Both the position numbers and the translations under genes were made by a program. This document shows, in pieces, positions 63,840 to 64,000 of a stretch of 64,000 nt of DNA (the stretch's first letter is position 1; each line of letters starts with the position of its first letter). Below the pieces are notes generated by a model that made no database searches, was not told the DNA's origin, and was given only the letters and a program-made list of their open reading frames with translations. Origin of the DNA: a virus (taxonomy: Duplodnaviria; Heunggongvirae; Uroviricota; Caudoviricetes); the IMG/VR virus record IMGVR_UViG_3300046820_001896, one strand, 5' to 3'.

Positions 63840-64000
63840 TGGCAGAGTTTAAACTAGGTAGACTTAAATTCGTATGGAAAGGTCAGTGGACTGCTTCTGC
63901 TACGTATGTAAAAGATGACATCGTTCGTCACGGTGGTAAATCTTATGTGTGCGTACAAGGACACGTTGCTGGTGGTACTCTATACTCAGATTCTGCCAAA
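63840..64000 (+). CDS. hypothetical protein, 5' part (runs off window)
   Basis: ATG has RBS agggaataacaa. The ORF is open to the window end. Confidence 0.4.

Overview
This 64-kb window reads as a contiguous piece of a large virulent tailed-phage genome of the T4 superfamily type. It is AT-rich, genes are densely packed and mostly on the plus strand, there are no rRNAs, and I see no CRISPR array. Support for the T4-like call: gp32-like ssDNA-binding and gp59-like helicase-loader genes, a GroES-like co-chaperonin, baseplate genes resembling gp4, gp5, gp6, gp25, gp27, gp29 and gp48/54, and TATAAATA late-promoter motifs. A GH19 endolysin resembling those of Acinetobacter phages (recalled from memory, not searched) suggests an Acinetobacter host; that is inference only.

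Layout:
- 1-3000: cluster of about 13 tRNA or tRNA-like genes, several atypical, interspersed with small genes.
- 3000-9000: HNH endonuclease, 2OG-Fe(II) oxygenase, metallophosphoesterase, a putative lysis cassette, a PAAR protein and a GH19 endolysin.
- 9100-12800: minus-strand island of secreted and membrane proteins, including a 647-aa protein with eight tandem two-Cys repeats.
- 12850-29400: early/middle genes (ArfA-like ribosome-rescue homolog, SPFH lipoprotein, GT25-like, SleB-like, gp59, gp32, vWA, an AAA+ operon in a compositionally distinct stretch) driven by a reiterated promoter CATGTACA-N16/17-TGTGGTATAAT, plus a 470-bp non-coding region with C6 repeats.
- 29434-34264: minus-strand baseplate-hub block (tape measure, tube-initiator-like, gp4-like).
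- 34305-64000: late plus-strand baseplate and tail-fibre operons.

The most notable feature is a translationally coupled cassette inside the tail-fibre operon. It comprises a 136-aa Cys/Asn-rich precursor-like protein with a (Cys-Ala)6 tail, a radical-SAM/SPASM enzyme, two small tandem paralogs, a PP-loop ATPase and a cupin-like protein (52092-57069). I read it as a candidate phage-encoded peptide or tail-fibre maturation (RiPP-like) system.
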